Origin: Amphiscolops sp. MND2022 | Taxonomy: Eukaryota | Direction of reading: 5' to 3' | DNA length: 64,000 nucleotides | NCBI GenBank assembly: GCA_964187785.1 | Contig: OZ076409.1 | Span: 23,066,001 to 23,130,000 of the forward strand | In this document: piece after piece, positions 50,797-63,380 of the stretch | How positions within the stretch are numbered: position 1 is the stretch's first letter | Layout of the letters: each line of letters begins with the position of its first letter | The notes under the pieces: generated by a model | Seen by the model: the letters and a program-made list of their open reading frames with translations, nothing else | Database searches by the model: none | Told to the model about the DNA's origin: nothing | Made by a program: the position numbers and the translations under genes

Positions 50797-51347
50797 AGAC
50801 TGACATCTACTACAGGTCATTTGGTAGACTAAATTTGGTAACACTAAATACCACACTACTTCTACTGGCACTTGAGATAGCGGTTAAGTAAGCTTTTTTG
50901 AGGTCCCCTTTTACATTTTTTGGCACTATGCGACTTCCCGGGGACCAAAAAAAATTGATGATAAAGTTTCGAATTTTTTTTCAATTTCTTCTTCATGCGG
51001 GTACTGGAGAAGAGAATGCTTGACATTTGAAGTCCTTTTGCTATTTTTGAGCCTTAGATAGGGCGCCGACGTGGGCCGTTCCCGGCTTGTTATTAGACGT
51101 TATTCCTTCTTTTAGACGTTATTCCACTTTTTAGACGTTATTCTTAATTTTTAGACTTTAATCCTCTTTTCAATTTAGATATTATTCATTCAGACGTCAT
51201 TATCGGTGGACCTTCAGACGTTATTCCCTTATCTAATACTGTCGCCCGAATGGTTGGTGACGAAGTGTCCCTGACCGGTTGTAAAATAAGACACACCGGA
51301 ACTTATTTAATTCCCCTTGAATTTTATTACATATAGTACTATTATTA
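50797..51347. repeat. ~550-bp segment duplicated at 56587-57133 (Penelope fragment + HINE 3' end + AGACGTTATTCC repeats + flank)
   Basis: Direct near-identity from AGACTGACATCTACTACAGG to TTATTACATATAGTACTATTATT. Confidence 0.9.
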
Positions 51348-52545
51348 TTAATATTATTATTAATATTATTGAGGCTTCGTGGAACTGCCACAGGGAGAAA
51401 CTCCCGTAATTAAATCAAGGGGTTAGAACGACATGGTTCACATAGGCACACGAAAATCCAAGTACACGGATTGTTGACTGCCCAATAATATTTAAGATAC
51501 TTCCAAATTGAAGTAATCAGTCTCTGTTTTAGGATCAGTTGGTTGAAAAAGTCAAGGTGCTTCTGTATTTTATTGATTCTGAATCCACTTCGGTACCAGA
51601 AGTTTTGACGTTGTGCTTCGTAAGAGGTAGTCGGTAATATGATTCTCGTCTGCCTTCCTTCACGCTTGATTTCATAGTGCTCGGTAAGGTCAACTGTATA
51701 GTAGTCGTTAATGATGTTACTGTACAACAAAAAGTCTTTGAGAACCTTGCAATAAAGTGATGGCAATATGTTCGTCGAAATTAGCGAGTCAATGTAGCTC
51801 ATGTTGCCACAGATCCATTTGAGGGCTTTGGCGTAGAAATTTTCGATTAATTTGTGATCAGCCTTTTTCAGTTCCCAGCATTCAGAACCAAACAACAGTA
51901 CCGGATTTATGATAGCTCTGTAAAGGTGTACTTTTGCCGTTATGGTGAGTGATTGATGGGTGTTTCTCTTCAGAAGAAATAAACTTTTTAAGGCTTTTGA
52001 TATACGATACTCCATGTGTTCTTTCCAGCTTAGTGATTCATTGATGATGAGTCCTGCGTCTTTGGAGGTTGTTTTTTGTTTCATAATCTCATTTCCCAGT
52101 AGTAAGGCAACGTTTGTTTTTCTTTTGTTTTTCCAGGCGCGAATTTGATCACGGAGCACTTCTTGGCATTGAACAGGAAACAATTTTGGGTACTCCAGGA
52201 GAGAAAATTATCAATGTCACTTTGCAGGCGTTTCAATTGCTCTCAACTACCACCATATACCAATTTCAAGTCATCCGCAAACAGTGGTGCCCCTGAAGAA
52301 AAAACAACACTTGGTAGGTCGTTTATGTATATCAGGAAAGAGTGGTCCCAGAATTGAACCTTGAGGCACGCCCGACGTGATGGACATCTTGTCTGAAAAA
52401 CTGTTGTTGATCTTTACCCTTTGAGTTCTGCCGTTTAGGTAGTCTCTCAGCAAGTGAAAAATTTTCTTATGAGACATCGAGTTGTATCAACTTCTCGAGT
52501 ACAATATCGTGCTTGATTTTATCAAATGCTTTGGAGAAGTCGAAG
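51338..52545 (-). pseudogene. 5'-truncated CR1/L2-type LINE with (TAA)n tail
   Basis: DFSKAFDKI, YLNGRTQRV, SGVPQGSILGP, LFADDLK, C-terminal CLCEPC. Confidence 0.85.
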
Positions 52546-53647
52546 AGAGCTAGCAAGTTTACGTGGCCGGCAGTGTTCAAATTTTCATAAATTCTTGAGG
52601 GACTTGTATTTAGCTGAAGGAGAACGGATTTCTTGGGCAGAAAACCATACTAGCATTACAGTGCATAGGCAAGCTTTTTCTGAGCATTTTGCGGAAATCA
52701 AGACACGAAATTCCGGAAACAAAGAGGCGTGCACTGAATTCATTCCCTTTTGAAGTCGACTGCCTTTGCTTCCTTTGAAGTTGAAATTTTACTTTCCACA
52801 TTTTTGTATCTTGGCAAGTTAATGGGGCCAATTAATTGCCACTTATGCCAAGCCTCAATAGGGCCAATTATGTAGAGAGCAAATAGTGCAACGTGTCTCA
52901 GATTCCAGAATTTTGTTCAGTAGAGTAATTCGTACACCTACACTCCGGAACAATTATAACATGTTTCCACATTTTATCTTTTGAAATCAGATGAAAACTG
53001 CTAGAGAAGATAATGTACGGAAACAAACTTCTGTTAAATGAAGCTTCACGTTTTGACCCACAATTGGAACCAAAATATCTCCGGCAATTCCTTATCAATT
53101 ATTTCATTGAAATTTTCGATTTTTTAAAATTCATTACATTTGGTAGAAAACTAAGCTTTTTTAAGAGGGTCTTTTCCCTTAAACCCCCCGCAAACCCTCC
53201 CCCCGCAGCATGCGCAGAAATTTTAATTCCCCACCACTTTCAGCGATGAATTAGATTTATAAATTACTGCTATTTGATTGATTGTTAATATTAATTCAAT
53301 GATAATTTTTCTTGACCGCCTTACTGAAGTGAAATAAGTCGTTGGGGGGATTAACAGTGAAGATCCGTAAGCGAGCGGTTTTTCTAATTCTTTTCTAATA
53401 TGGTAAGACTGTAGATTTCGGGATCTAAAGTTCGGGTGGAAACAAAGGATTCAATGCTTTATTCAATAGAGGAAATGATGCTCAGGAACCAATGTTAAGC
53501 TTTGGTTGGCAAAGAACAATAATTATTTTTAAAAATACCAAACATTAACAAAAAACAGCTAGCTTTTTTTGCATTTCTTCAAAGCTATTTGAAAAACATT
53601 TGATGGTAAAAATACACAAAAAATGAGGCGTTTTTTTCTGAATAATT

Positions 53648-53719
53648 GCCGTTAGCGGGATCTGAACCTACGATCTTACGATCCGAAAGCTAGAGCGCAT
53701 CCTATTTGGCCAACGGGTC
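53648..53719 (-). other. tRNA-derived (Arg-like) pseudogene or SINE head
   Basis: GACCCGTTGGCCAAATAGG (A-box-like)...TTTCGGA...GGTTCAGATCCC (B-box-like); acceptor stem does not pair well. Confidence 0.45.
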
Positions 53720-54003
53720 TTCTTTTTTGAACGATATCTATTTGCTAAAACACTAAATGCTTTTGCGTAGCAACATCAAATAGAGCAGGATATACTCTCA
53801 ATTATCCATGCAAGTTGATGAAATTTATTCAGATTGGAACCAAGGAACAAACAGCTAATGGTATATGCTGTAATGGTACGAAAGCTTTTTCAAAAAGTTT
53901 CATTCGAAAAATTTAATTTTATTCCAGTTGAAACTTGAGGACTAAGCAGAAAATGGAATGTTGTAATTGTCTCGATTCGGGATCTTTGTCGTTATTATCC
54001 CCT

Positions 54004-54673
54004 TGTGAAACCATTCCCCCGTTAAAAGGCTTCACAAGTTGACCCACGATTGAAACCAAAATATCGCCAATTCCACACCAATTATTTCATTAAAATTTTT
54101 ATTTTTTCAAGGAAACACTCAATTTCATTACAAATTGTAGAATTGTAGTTATTCACTATTGAGTTTCACTATAGTCTAAGCATATTCCACCATGATATAG
54201 TAAAGTAATGAAAAAAGCTTAGCACATGTGAAACCTTTCCCCCGTTAAAAAGCTTCACAAGTCGACCACGATAGGAACTAAAATATCGCCAATTCCACAC
54301 CAATTATTTCATTAAAATTTTTATTTTTTTCAAGGAAACACTCAATTTCATTACAAATTGTAGAATTGTAGTTATTCACTATTGAGTTTCACTATAGTCT
54401 AAGCATATTCCACCATGATATAGTAAAGTAATGAAAAAAGCTTAGCACATGTGAAACCTTTCCCCCGTTAAAAAACTTCACAAGTCGACCCACGATAGGA
54501 ACTAAAATATCACCGATTCCACACCAATTATTCCAATAAAATTTTCGTTTTTTTTCAAGGAAAAACTCAATTTCATTAGTATTTGTAGAAATGTATTGTT
54601 CCACTATTGTATTTCACTAAAGTCTAAGTTTATTCCACCATGTTATAATAAAGTAATGAAAGAAACTTAGCAC
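54004..54673. repeat. Tandem repeat, 3 x 223 bp
   Basis: Units start TGTGAAACC at 54004, 54227, 54450; degenerate partial copy at ~53030-53150. Confidence 0.9.
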
Positions 54674-55111
54674 CTATGTAAAGATAAAAAGAAGAAAAGC
54701 AGGAAATTTCACGGAAAGTGAGATATTAATTTAGACTTGTTTGTGGTAATTGATTTATATTTACTCTCTGGCTTATTAAGTTTAATTTCAGCTCATTTTA
54801 TTGTAAGTGGGAACTGAGATGCTCAAATTTACAGCCATCTGATTGGTTAATATGCATTTTGTGGAAACCAAGGCACGCATTTGTCGGCATCTTGGCGGCA
54901 TTTGGCGGCATATTCTTGGTCCCGGATTCCGCAAAATGGAACCGGCCAACGTATTAACCCATGCCTTCGGATTCCGAAAAACGCCGGTTTCGTGACGTCG
55001 TTTCCGCAAAATCAGTGCTAAATAGCCAATTTTTCACGCTTTAAGACAAGTCTGCGGAATCGAAGGGCCTACAGACACAGAAATGTGTCTGTAGCGATTT
55101 AGCTTGCCTAT

Positions 55112-55400
55112 TCACTGTAATGGGAATTCGCTAACGAAGTTCAGGAACGCATGCGAATTTACCGGAAACAAGATTTGTTCAAATATTTTCGAAACTATGC
55201 TCAGGAGTGTTACAGGACGATAGTTTTTAACATTTACTCTTTCATTTTCTTTGTGGATTGGCGAAACAATTCCTTCTTTCCATTTAGTCGGACACTTAGG
55301 TAGTCTTTTTATGTTCGAGTACAAGAAATTCAGCGACCGCGTTATCTTTATTCTCGTCTCCCGTAGAAAGGCTGGGGGACGTCCATCGGCTCCACGACTT
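55112..55400 (-). pseudogene. LINE RT N-terminal fragment
   Basis: KWKEGIVSPIHK...KNYRPVTLLSIVSKIFE. Confidence 0.8.
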
Positions 55401-56058
55401 TTACTGAATATAAATATAAAAATAAATAGAAATCATTTTTCGGGAATAACGTCTAAAGGTTTGGACGTTGTTCCCGTTTTTTAGACGTTATTCTCGTTTT
55501 ATATACATTTCCGAAAGTGAAAACTTCTATCAATTGATTTAAATAGTTATCTGAATAACAAAGTAATACTAAACAAATTCGTGAATAGTATCAAAAAGAA
55601 TAGTATCTAAAACCATGATTGGTTAGGACAGCCTCATTCATGTCAATTGGGATTAGTTTAGATTTTGTTCCTTTAGATTCTATTCTGCTTTTCCCACCTG
55701 ATGTGTGGCATATCCGGTGTATGCACGCTCGTCCTCACCGTCGCAAAGACCAGCTCCCACTACAATTGCTTCTCGATCTCTGTTCCCGCCAGGTCTCTGC
55801 TCCTGTTCGACCTCGCTTGGCAAGATAGGTACACACACAAGGTACTTAAAATCACTTTTTCGTTTTAGATCTGAAGTGACTGGATAATTTCCCGATTTTA
55901 GACGTGTTTCCTGTTTTTGTGATTTTTGGATCTTTGAAGCGTTTTTCCAGACTTTAAACGTTATTACTGTTTTTCAGACGTTTTATGATGGTTTTTCGAT
56001 CTTTCGGACGTTTTTCCCGAATTTAGAGCCTTGCCGATTTCATTCGTTATTCCACTTT

Positions 56059-56878
56059 CTAGTCGACGCTTTTCGTAGAAAAACGCAGACTATAGTAGTG
56101 ACTTTTCTTTTTTTTAGGCCAACGAAGTGACAGATTTTATAAGCTTTATAAGCTGACTTTAACTAACACAAATAGACATAAAAAAACAAAGTCAGTTGAA
56201 CGTTTTCCAGTTTACACTCATCATCAGAACTGAAAGAAACCAAAATGTATAAAAAAGAGAAAAATAGACATCAGGGAAGCAGCAAAATTTATAAATGGGC
56301 TAAAAAGCACCGTGATACAAAAACCTGGATACCCAGGACATAGATTCTGAGAGATAGCTCCCTCTGTCTTTACTCCTCGCGTGCGTTCACCTTCGGTTTC
56401 AGTTTTGTAATATGAAACGCCTCCAACGTGAGCAGTCTATATTCGCTGAGACAGGAATCCAGGATCTTCCAATCACCTTTCGAGTCAGCGCATTGCAATA
56501 AATGCTGAACGACTGTAGTGTTGATTCCCTCATCATGTTCCGTGATCCTCGTGGTCAAATGTCGGATAGTTTGGCCGACATAGGTAGACTGACATCTACT
56601 ACAGGTCATTTGGTAGACTAAATTTGGTAACACTAAATACCACACTACTTCAACTGGCACTTGAGATGGCGGTTAAGTGAGCTTTTTTGAGGTCCCCTTT
56701 TACATTTTTCGGCACTATGCGACTTCCCGGGGACCAAAAAAATTGATAATAAAGTTTCGATCTTTTTTCAATTTCTTCTTCATGCGGGTACTGGAGAAGA
56801 GAATGCTTGACATTTGAAGTCCTTTTGCTATTTTTGAGCCTTAGATAGGGCACCGACTTGGGCCGTTCCCGGCTTGTT
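56059..56878 (+). mobile_element. HINE-like element containing an internal Penelope fragment
   Basis: 5' TAGTCGACGC...GCAGACTATAGTAGTG; 3' GCACCGACTTGGGCCGTTCCCGGCTTGTT. Confidence 0.6.
56370..56640 (-). pseudogene. Penelope-like element GIY-YIG endonuclease fragment
   Basis: NLVYQMTCSRCQSTYVGQTIRHLTTRITEH...LEAFHITKLKPKVN. Confidence 0.85.
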
Positions 56879-57126
56879 ATTAGACGTTATTCCTTCTTTT
56901 AGACGTTATTCCACTTTTTAGACGTAATCCCGAATTTTTAGGTTTTATTCTTCTTTTCAGTTTAGATATTATTCCTTCAGACGTCATCATCGGTGGACCT
57001 TTAGACGTTATTCCCTTATCTAATACTGTCGCCCGAATGGTTGGTGACGAAGTGTCCCTGACCGGTTGTAAAATAAGACACACCGGAACTTATTTAATTC
57101 CCATTGAATTTTATTACATATAGTAC

Positions 57127-60100
57127 TATTATTTTCAATATTATCAATAGGGCTTCATGGATATGCCACTGGGGAATTATACCCCGCTATTACAATCTAG
57201 GATTGGCACGACAGTCCACACATAAGCAAACAAATATCCGAGTACAGGGATTGTTTGCAGTACAATGTCTGTTAAAATACATCCACATATATTCAAGTAG
57301 TTTCTTCTTGAGATTCTCCGGGTTGAAGAAATCGAGAGATCTTTGCACGACATTTAATCTGAAACCAGTTCTGTACCAAAAATTCTGCCTCTGTATTTCA
57401 TGTCTTGTGTCTGGAAGCACAACACGTCTCCTTCTACCGCTGTTAGTGATTGTGAATTCTTTCGAAAAATCCACATTGTATCTTCCTTCCACTAGGTTAC
57501 TGAAAATTTAAAGGTCTTTGAGCCCTTTAAAGTAGAGTGGTGATAATAAGTTTGATTGGACCAAAGCATCCTTATAATCCAATTTCCCCCAAATCCACTT
57601 CAAAACTTTTTTGTTGAATGTTTCAATGATTTTGAAACTAGTTTTTCTTAGTTCCCAGCATTCGGAGGTAAAAAGTAACGACGCTGTTATTATTGTTCGG
57701 TAGAGATGGGCTTTACTTTGGGTACAAATGATCGGGGACGTACTTTTTCTTAGCAAAAAGAAAGATTTTGCTGCCTTCCCAATTCTAATTTTGACGTGCT
57801 CGGTCCAGTTTAGTGATTCGTCTATCATCGGGCTGACGTCACAAACAAGGCTTTTGTGGTTTAAACTTCGACCCTCCATAATGAAACAAACTCCTTCCAG
57901 AGTGTTCTTATTTCTGCCGAACTGAAATTCGCTGATTGAACTTTTTTTCAAAATGAATAGTAGATGATTTTGCACACTCCAGTTGTGAAGGGCTTTTAAG
58001 TCGATTTGTGGTTTCTCTAAGGATTCTTGTCCTGCTCTTCCAATGAAAATCAGTTTCAAAACTTCGGCTAATATTAATATTATTCTTATTAAAAGGGCTT
58101 CGTGGATATGCCACTTGGGAATTATACCCCGCTATTACAATCTAGGATTGGCACGACAGTCCACACATAAGCAAATAAATATCCAAGTACAGGGATTGTT
58201 TTCAGTATAATGTCTGTTAAAATACATCCACATATAATCAAGTAGTTTTTTCTTGAGATTCTCCGGGTTGAAGAAGTCGAGAGATCTTTGCACGACGTTT
58301 ATTCTGAATCCAGTTCTGTGCCAAAAATTTTGCCTCTGTATTTCATACCTAGTGTCTGAGAGCACAACACGTCTCCTTCTACCACTGTTTGTGATTTTGA
58401 ATTCTTTCGAAAAATCCACATTGTATCTTCCTTCCAGTAGGTTACTGAAAAGTAAAAGATCTTTGAGCACTTTAAAGTAGAGTGCTGATAATAAGTTTGA
58501 TTGGACCAAAGCATCCTTATAATCCAAGTTCCCGCAATTCCACTTCAAAACTTTTTTGTTGAATGTTTCAATGATTTTGAAACTAGTTTTTCTTAGTTCA
58601 CAGCATTCGGAGGCAAAAAGTAACGACGCTGTTATTATTGTTCGGTAGAGATGGGCTTCACTTTGGGTACAAATGATCGGGGACGTACTTCTTCTTAGCA
58701 AAAAGAAAGATTTTGCTGCCTTCCCAACTCTAACTTTGACGTGCTCGGTCCAGTTTAGTGATTCGTCTATCATCGCGCCGACGTCACAAACAAGGCATTG
58801 TGGTTTAAACTTCGACCCTCCATAATGAAACAAACTCCTTCCAGAGTGTTCTTAATTCTGCCGAACTGAAATTCGCTGATTGAACACTTTTTCAAATTGA
58901 ATAGTAGATGATTTTGCACACTCCAGTTGTAAAGGGCTTGTAAGTCGATTTGTAGTTTCTCTAAGGATTTTCGTCCTGCTCTTCCATTGAAAATCAGTTT
59001 CATATTGTCGGCTATCATTATTAATATTATTTTTATTAATTGGGCTTCGTGGATATGCCACTGGGGAATTATACCCCGCTATTACAATCTAGGATTGGCA
59101 CGACAGTCCACACATAAGCAAATAAATATCCAAGTACAGAGATTGTTTTCAGAATAATGTCTGTTAAATTACATCCACAAATAATCAAGTAGTTTCTTCT
59201 TGAGATTCTCCGGGTTGAAGAAGTCGAGAGATCTCTGCACGACGTTTATTCTGAATCCAGTTCTGTGCCAAAAATTCTGCCTCTGTATTCCATATCTAGT
59301 GTATGGGAGCACAACACGTCTCCTTCTACCGCTGTTTGTGATTTTGAATTCTTTCGAAAAATCCACATTGTATCTTCCTTCCAGTAGGTTACTGAAAATA
59401 AAAAGGTCTTTGAGCACTTTAAAGTAGAGTGGTGATAATAGGTTTGATTGGACCAAAGCATCCTTATAATTCAAGTTCCCGCAATTCCACTTCAAAACTT
59501 TTTTGTTGATTGTTTCAATGATATTGAAACTAGTTTTTCTTAGTTCACAGCATTCGGAGGCAAAAAGTAACGACGCTGTTGATAATGTTCGATAAAGATG
59601 GGCTTCACTTTGGGTACAAATGATCGGGGACGTACTTCTTCCTAGCAAAAAGAAGGATTTTGCTGCCTTCCCAACTCTAACTTTGACGTGCTCGGTCCAG
59701 TTTAGTGATTTGTCTATCATCGCGCGGACGTCACAAACAAGGCTTTTGTGGTTTAAACTTCGACCCTCCATAATGAAACAAACACCTTCTAGAGTGTTCT
59801 TAATTCTGCCGAACTGAAATTCGCTGATTGAACACTTTTTCAAATTGAATAGTAGATGATTTTGCACACACCAGTTGTGAAGGGCTTGTAAGTCGATTTG
59901 TAGTTTCTCTACGGATTTTCGTCCTGCTCTTCCATTGAAAATCAGTTTCAAATTGTCGGCTATTTTTATTATAATTATTTTTATTAATAGGGCTTCGTGG
60001 ATATGCCACTGGGGAATTATACCCCGCTATTACAATCTAGGATTGGCACGACAGTCCACACATAAGCAAATAAATATCCAAGTACAGGGATTGTTTTCAG

Positions 60101-62794
60101 TATAATGTCTGTTAAAATACATCCACATATAATCAAGTAGTTTTTTCTTGAGATTCTCCGGGTTGAAGAAGTCGAGAGATCTTTGCACGACGTTTATTCT
60201 GAATCCAGTTCTGTGCCAAAAATTTTGCCCCTGTATTTCATACCTAATGTCTGGGAGCACAACACGTCTCCTTCTACCGCTGTTTGTGATTTTGAATTCT
60301 TTCGAAAAATCCACATTGTATCTTCCTTCCAGTAGGTTACTGAAAAGTAAAAGGTCTTTGAGCACTTTAAAGTAGAGTGGTGATAATAGGTTTGATTGGA
60401 CCAAAGCATCCTTATAATTCAAGTTCCCGCAATTCCACTTCAAAACTTTTTTGTTGAATGTTTCAATGATATTGAAACTAGTTTTTCTTAGTTCACAGCA
60501 TTCGGAGGCAAAAAGTAACGACGCTGTTATTATTGTTCGGTAGAGATGGGCTTCACTTTGGGTACAAATGATCGGGGACGTACTTCTTCTTAGCAAAAAG
60601 AAAGATTTTGCTGCCTTCCCAACTCTAACTTTGACGTGCTCGGTCCAGTTTAGTGATTCGTCTATCATCGCGCCGACGTCACAAACAAGGCTTTTGTGGT
60701 TTCAACTTCGACCCTCCATAATGAAACAAACTCCTTCCAGAGTGTTCTTAATTCTGCCGAACTGAAATTCGCTGATTGAACACTTTTTCAAATTGAATAG
60801 TAGATGATTTTGCACACTCCAGTTGTAAAGGGCTTGTAAGTCGATTTGTAGTTTCTCCAAGGATTTTCGTCCTGCTCTTCCATTGAAAATCAGTTTCAAA
60901 TTGTCGGCTATCATTATTAATATTATTCTTATTAATTGGGCTTCGTGGATATGCCACTGGGGAATTATACCCCGCTATTACAATCTAGGATTGGCACGAC
61001 AGTCCACACATAAGCAAATAAATATCCAAGTACAGAGATTGTTTTCAGTATAATGTCTGTTAAAATACATCCACATATAATCAAGTAGTTTTTTCTTGAG
61101 ATTCTCCGGGTTGAAGAAGTCGAGAGATCTTTGCACGACGTTTATTCTGAATCCAATTCTGTGCCAAAAATTTTGCGTCTGTATTTCATACCTAGTGTCT
61201 TGGAGCACAACACGTCTCCTTCTACTGCTGTTTGTGATTTTGAATTCTTTCGAAAAGTCCACATTGTATCTTCCTTCCAGTAGGTCACTGAAAAGTAAAA
61301 GGTCTTTGAGCACTTTAAAGTAGAGTGGTGATAATAGGTTTGATTGGACCAAAGCATCCTTATAATCCAAGTTCCCGCAAATCCACTTCAAAACTTTTTT
61401 TGTTGAATGTTTCAATGATTTTGAAACCTAGTTTTTCTTAGTTTCCAGCATTCGGAGGCAAAAAGTAACGACGCTGTTATTATTGATCGGTAGAGATGGG
61501 CTTTACTTAGGGTACAAATGATCGGGGACGTACTTCTTCTTAGCAGAAAGAAAGATTTTGCTGCCTTCCCAACTCTAACTTTGACGTGCTCGGTCCAGTT
61601 TAGTGATTTGTCTATCATCGCGCGGACGTCACAAACAAGGCTTTTGTGGTTTAAACTTCGACCCTCCATAATGAAACAAACTCCTTCAAGAGTGTTCTTA
61701 AATCTGCCGAACTGAAATTCGCTGATTGAACACTTTTTCAAATTGAATAGTAGATGATTTTGCACACTCCAGTTGTGAAGAGCTTGTAAGTCGATTTGTA
61801 GTTTCTCTAAGGATTTTTGTCCTGCTCTTCCATTGAAAATCAGTTTCAAATTGTCGGCTATTATTATTATTAATAGGGCTTCGTGGATATGCCACTGGGG
61901 AATTATACCCCGCTATTACAATCTAGGATTGGCACGACAGTCCACACATAAGCAAATAAATATCCAAGTACAGGGATTGTTTTCAGTATAATGTCTGTTA
62001 AAATACATCCACATATAATCAAGTAGTTTCTTCTTGAGATTCTCCGGGTTGAAAAAGTCGAGAGATCTCTGCATGACGTTTATTCTGAATCCAGTTCTGT
62101 GCCAAAAATTCTGCCTCTGTATTCCATATCTAGTGTCTGGGAGCACAACACGTCTCCTTCTACCGCTGTTTGTGATTTTGAACTCTTTCGAAAAATCCAC
62201 ATTGTAACTTCCTTCCAGTAGGTTACTGAAAAGTAAAAGGTCTTTGAGCACTTTAAAGTAGAGTGGTGATAATAGGTTTGATTGGACCAAAGCATCCTTA
62301 TAATCCAAGTTCCCGCAAATCCACTTCAAAACTTTTTTGTTGAATGTTTCGAAGATTTTGAAACCTAGTTTTTCTTAGTTCCCAGCATTCGGAGGCAAAA
62401 AGTAACGACGCTGTTATTATTGGTCGGTAGAGATGGGCTTTACTTAGGGTACAAATGATCGGGGACGTACTTCTTCTTAGCAGAAAGAAAGATTTTGCTG
62501 CCTTCCCAACTCTAACTTTGACGTGCTCGGTCCAGTTTAGTGATTCGTCTATCATCGGGCCCACGTCACAAACAAGGCTTTTGTGGTTTAAACTTCGACC
62601 CGCCATAATGAAACAAACTCCTTCCAGAGTGTTCTTAATTCTGCCGAACTGAAATTCGCTGATTGAACACTTTTTCAAATTGAATAGTAGATGATTTTGC
62701 ACACTCCAGTTGTGAAGGGCTTGTAAGTCGATTTGTAGTTTCTCTAAGGATTTTCGTCCTGCTCTTCCATTGAAATGCAGTTTCAATTGTCGGC

Positions 62795-62828
<34 letters not shown>

Positions 62829-63380
62829 AGGGCTTCGTGGATATGCCACCGGGGAATTATACCCCGCTATTACAATCTAGGATTGGCACGACAGTCCACA
62901 CATAAGCAAATAAATATCCAAGTACAGGGATTGTTTTCAGTATAATGTCTGTTAAAATACCTCCACGTATAATCAAGTAGTTTCTTCTTGAGATTCTCCG
63001 GGTTGAAGAAATCGAGAGATCTTTGCACGACGTTTATTCTGAATCCAATTCTGTACCAAAATTTCTGCCTCTGTATTTCATATCTAGTGTCTGGAAGCAC
63101 AACACGTCTCCATCTACCGCTGTTTGTGATTTTGAATTCTTTCGAAAAATCCACATTGTATCTTCCTTCCAGTATGTTACTGAAAAATAAAAAGTCTTTG
63201 AGCACTTTAAAGTAGAGTGGTGGTTATAGGTTTGATTGGACCAAACCATCCTTATAATCCAAATTCCCGCAAATCCACTTCAAAACTTTTTTGTTGAATG
63301 TTTCAATGATTTTGAAACTAGTTTTTCTTAGTTCCCAGCATTCGGATGCAAAAAGTAACGACGCTGTTATTATTGTTCGG
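57127..63380 (-). repeat. Head-to-tail tandem array of ~945-bp CR1/L2-type LINE 3' ends (6 full units + 1 partial)
   Basis: Junctions at 58068, 59012, 59960, 60908, 61858, 62794; each unit runs from ADNLKL (RT motif region) to CVDCRANPRL*, 3' UTR and (TAA)n tail. Confidence 0.95.

Larger units (their letters stand above)
55430..57020. mobile_element. AGACGTTATTCC-repeat foldback-like element with shared core (55690-55830), hosting a HINE
   Basis: Same subrepeats and core as 43170-44545; boundaries approximate. Confidence 0.55.

Noticed and set aside
53648..53719. Functional tRNA gene
   Set aside because: Acceptor and anticodon stems pair poorly and the B box is altered.
57127..63380. Telomeric HeT-A/TART-like retrotransposon array
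   Set aside because: All units share one truncation point and no telomeric context is visible; tandem amplification is simpler.
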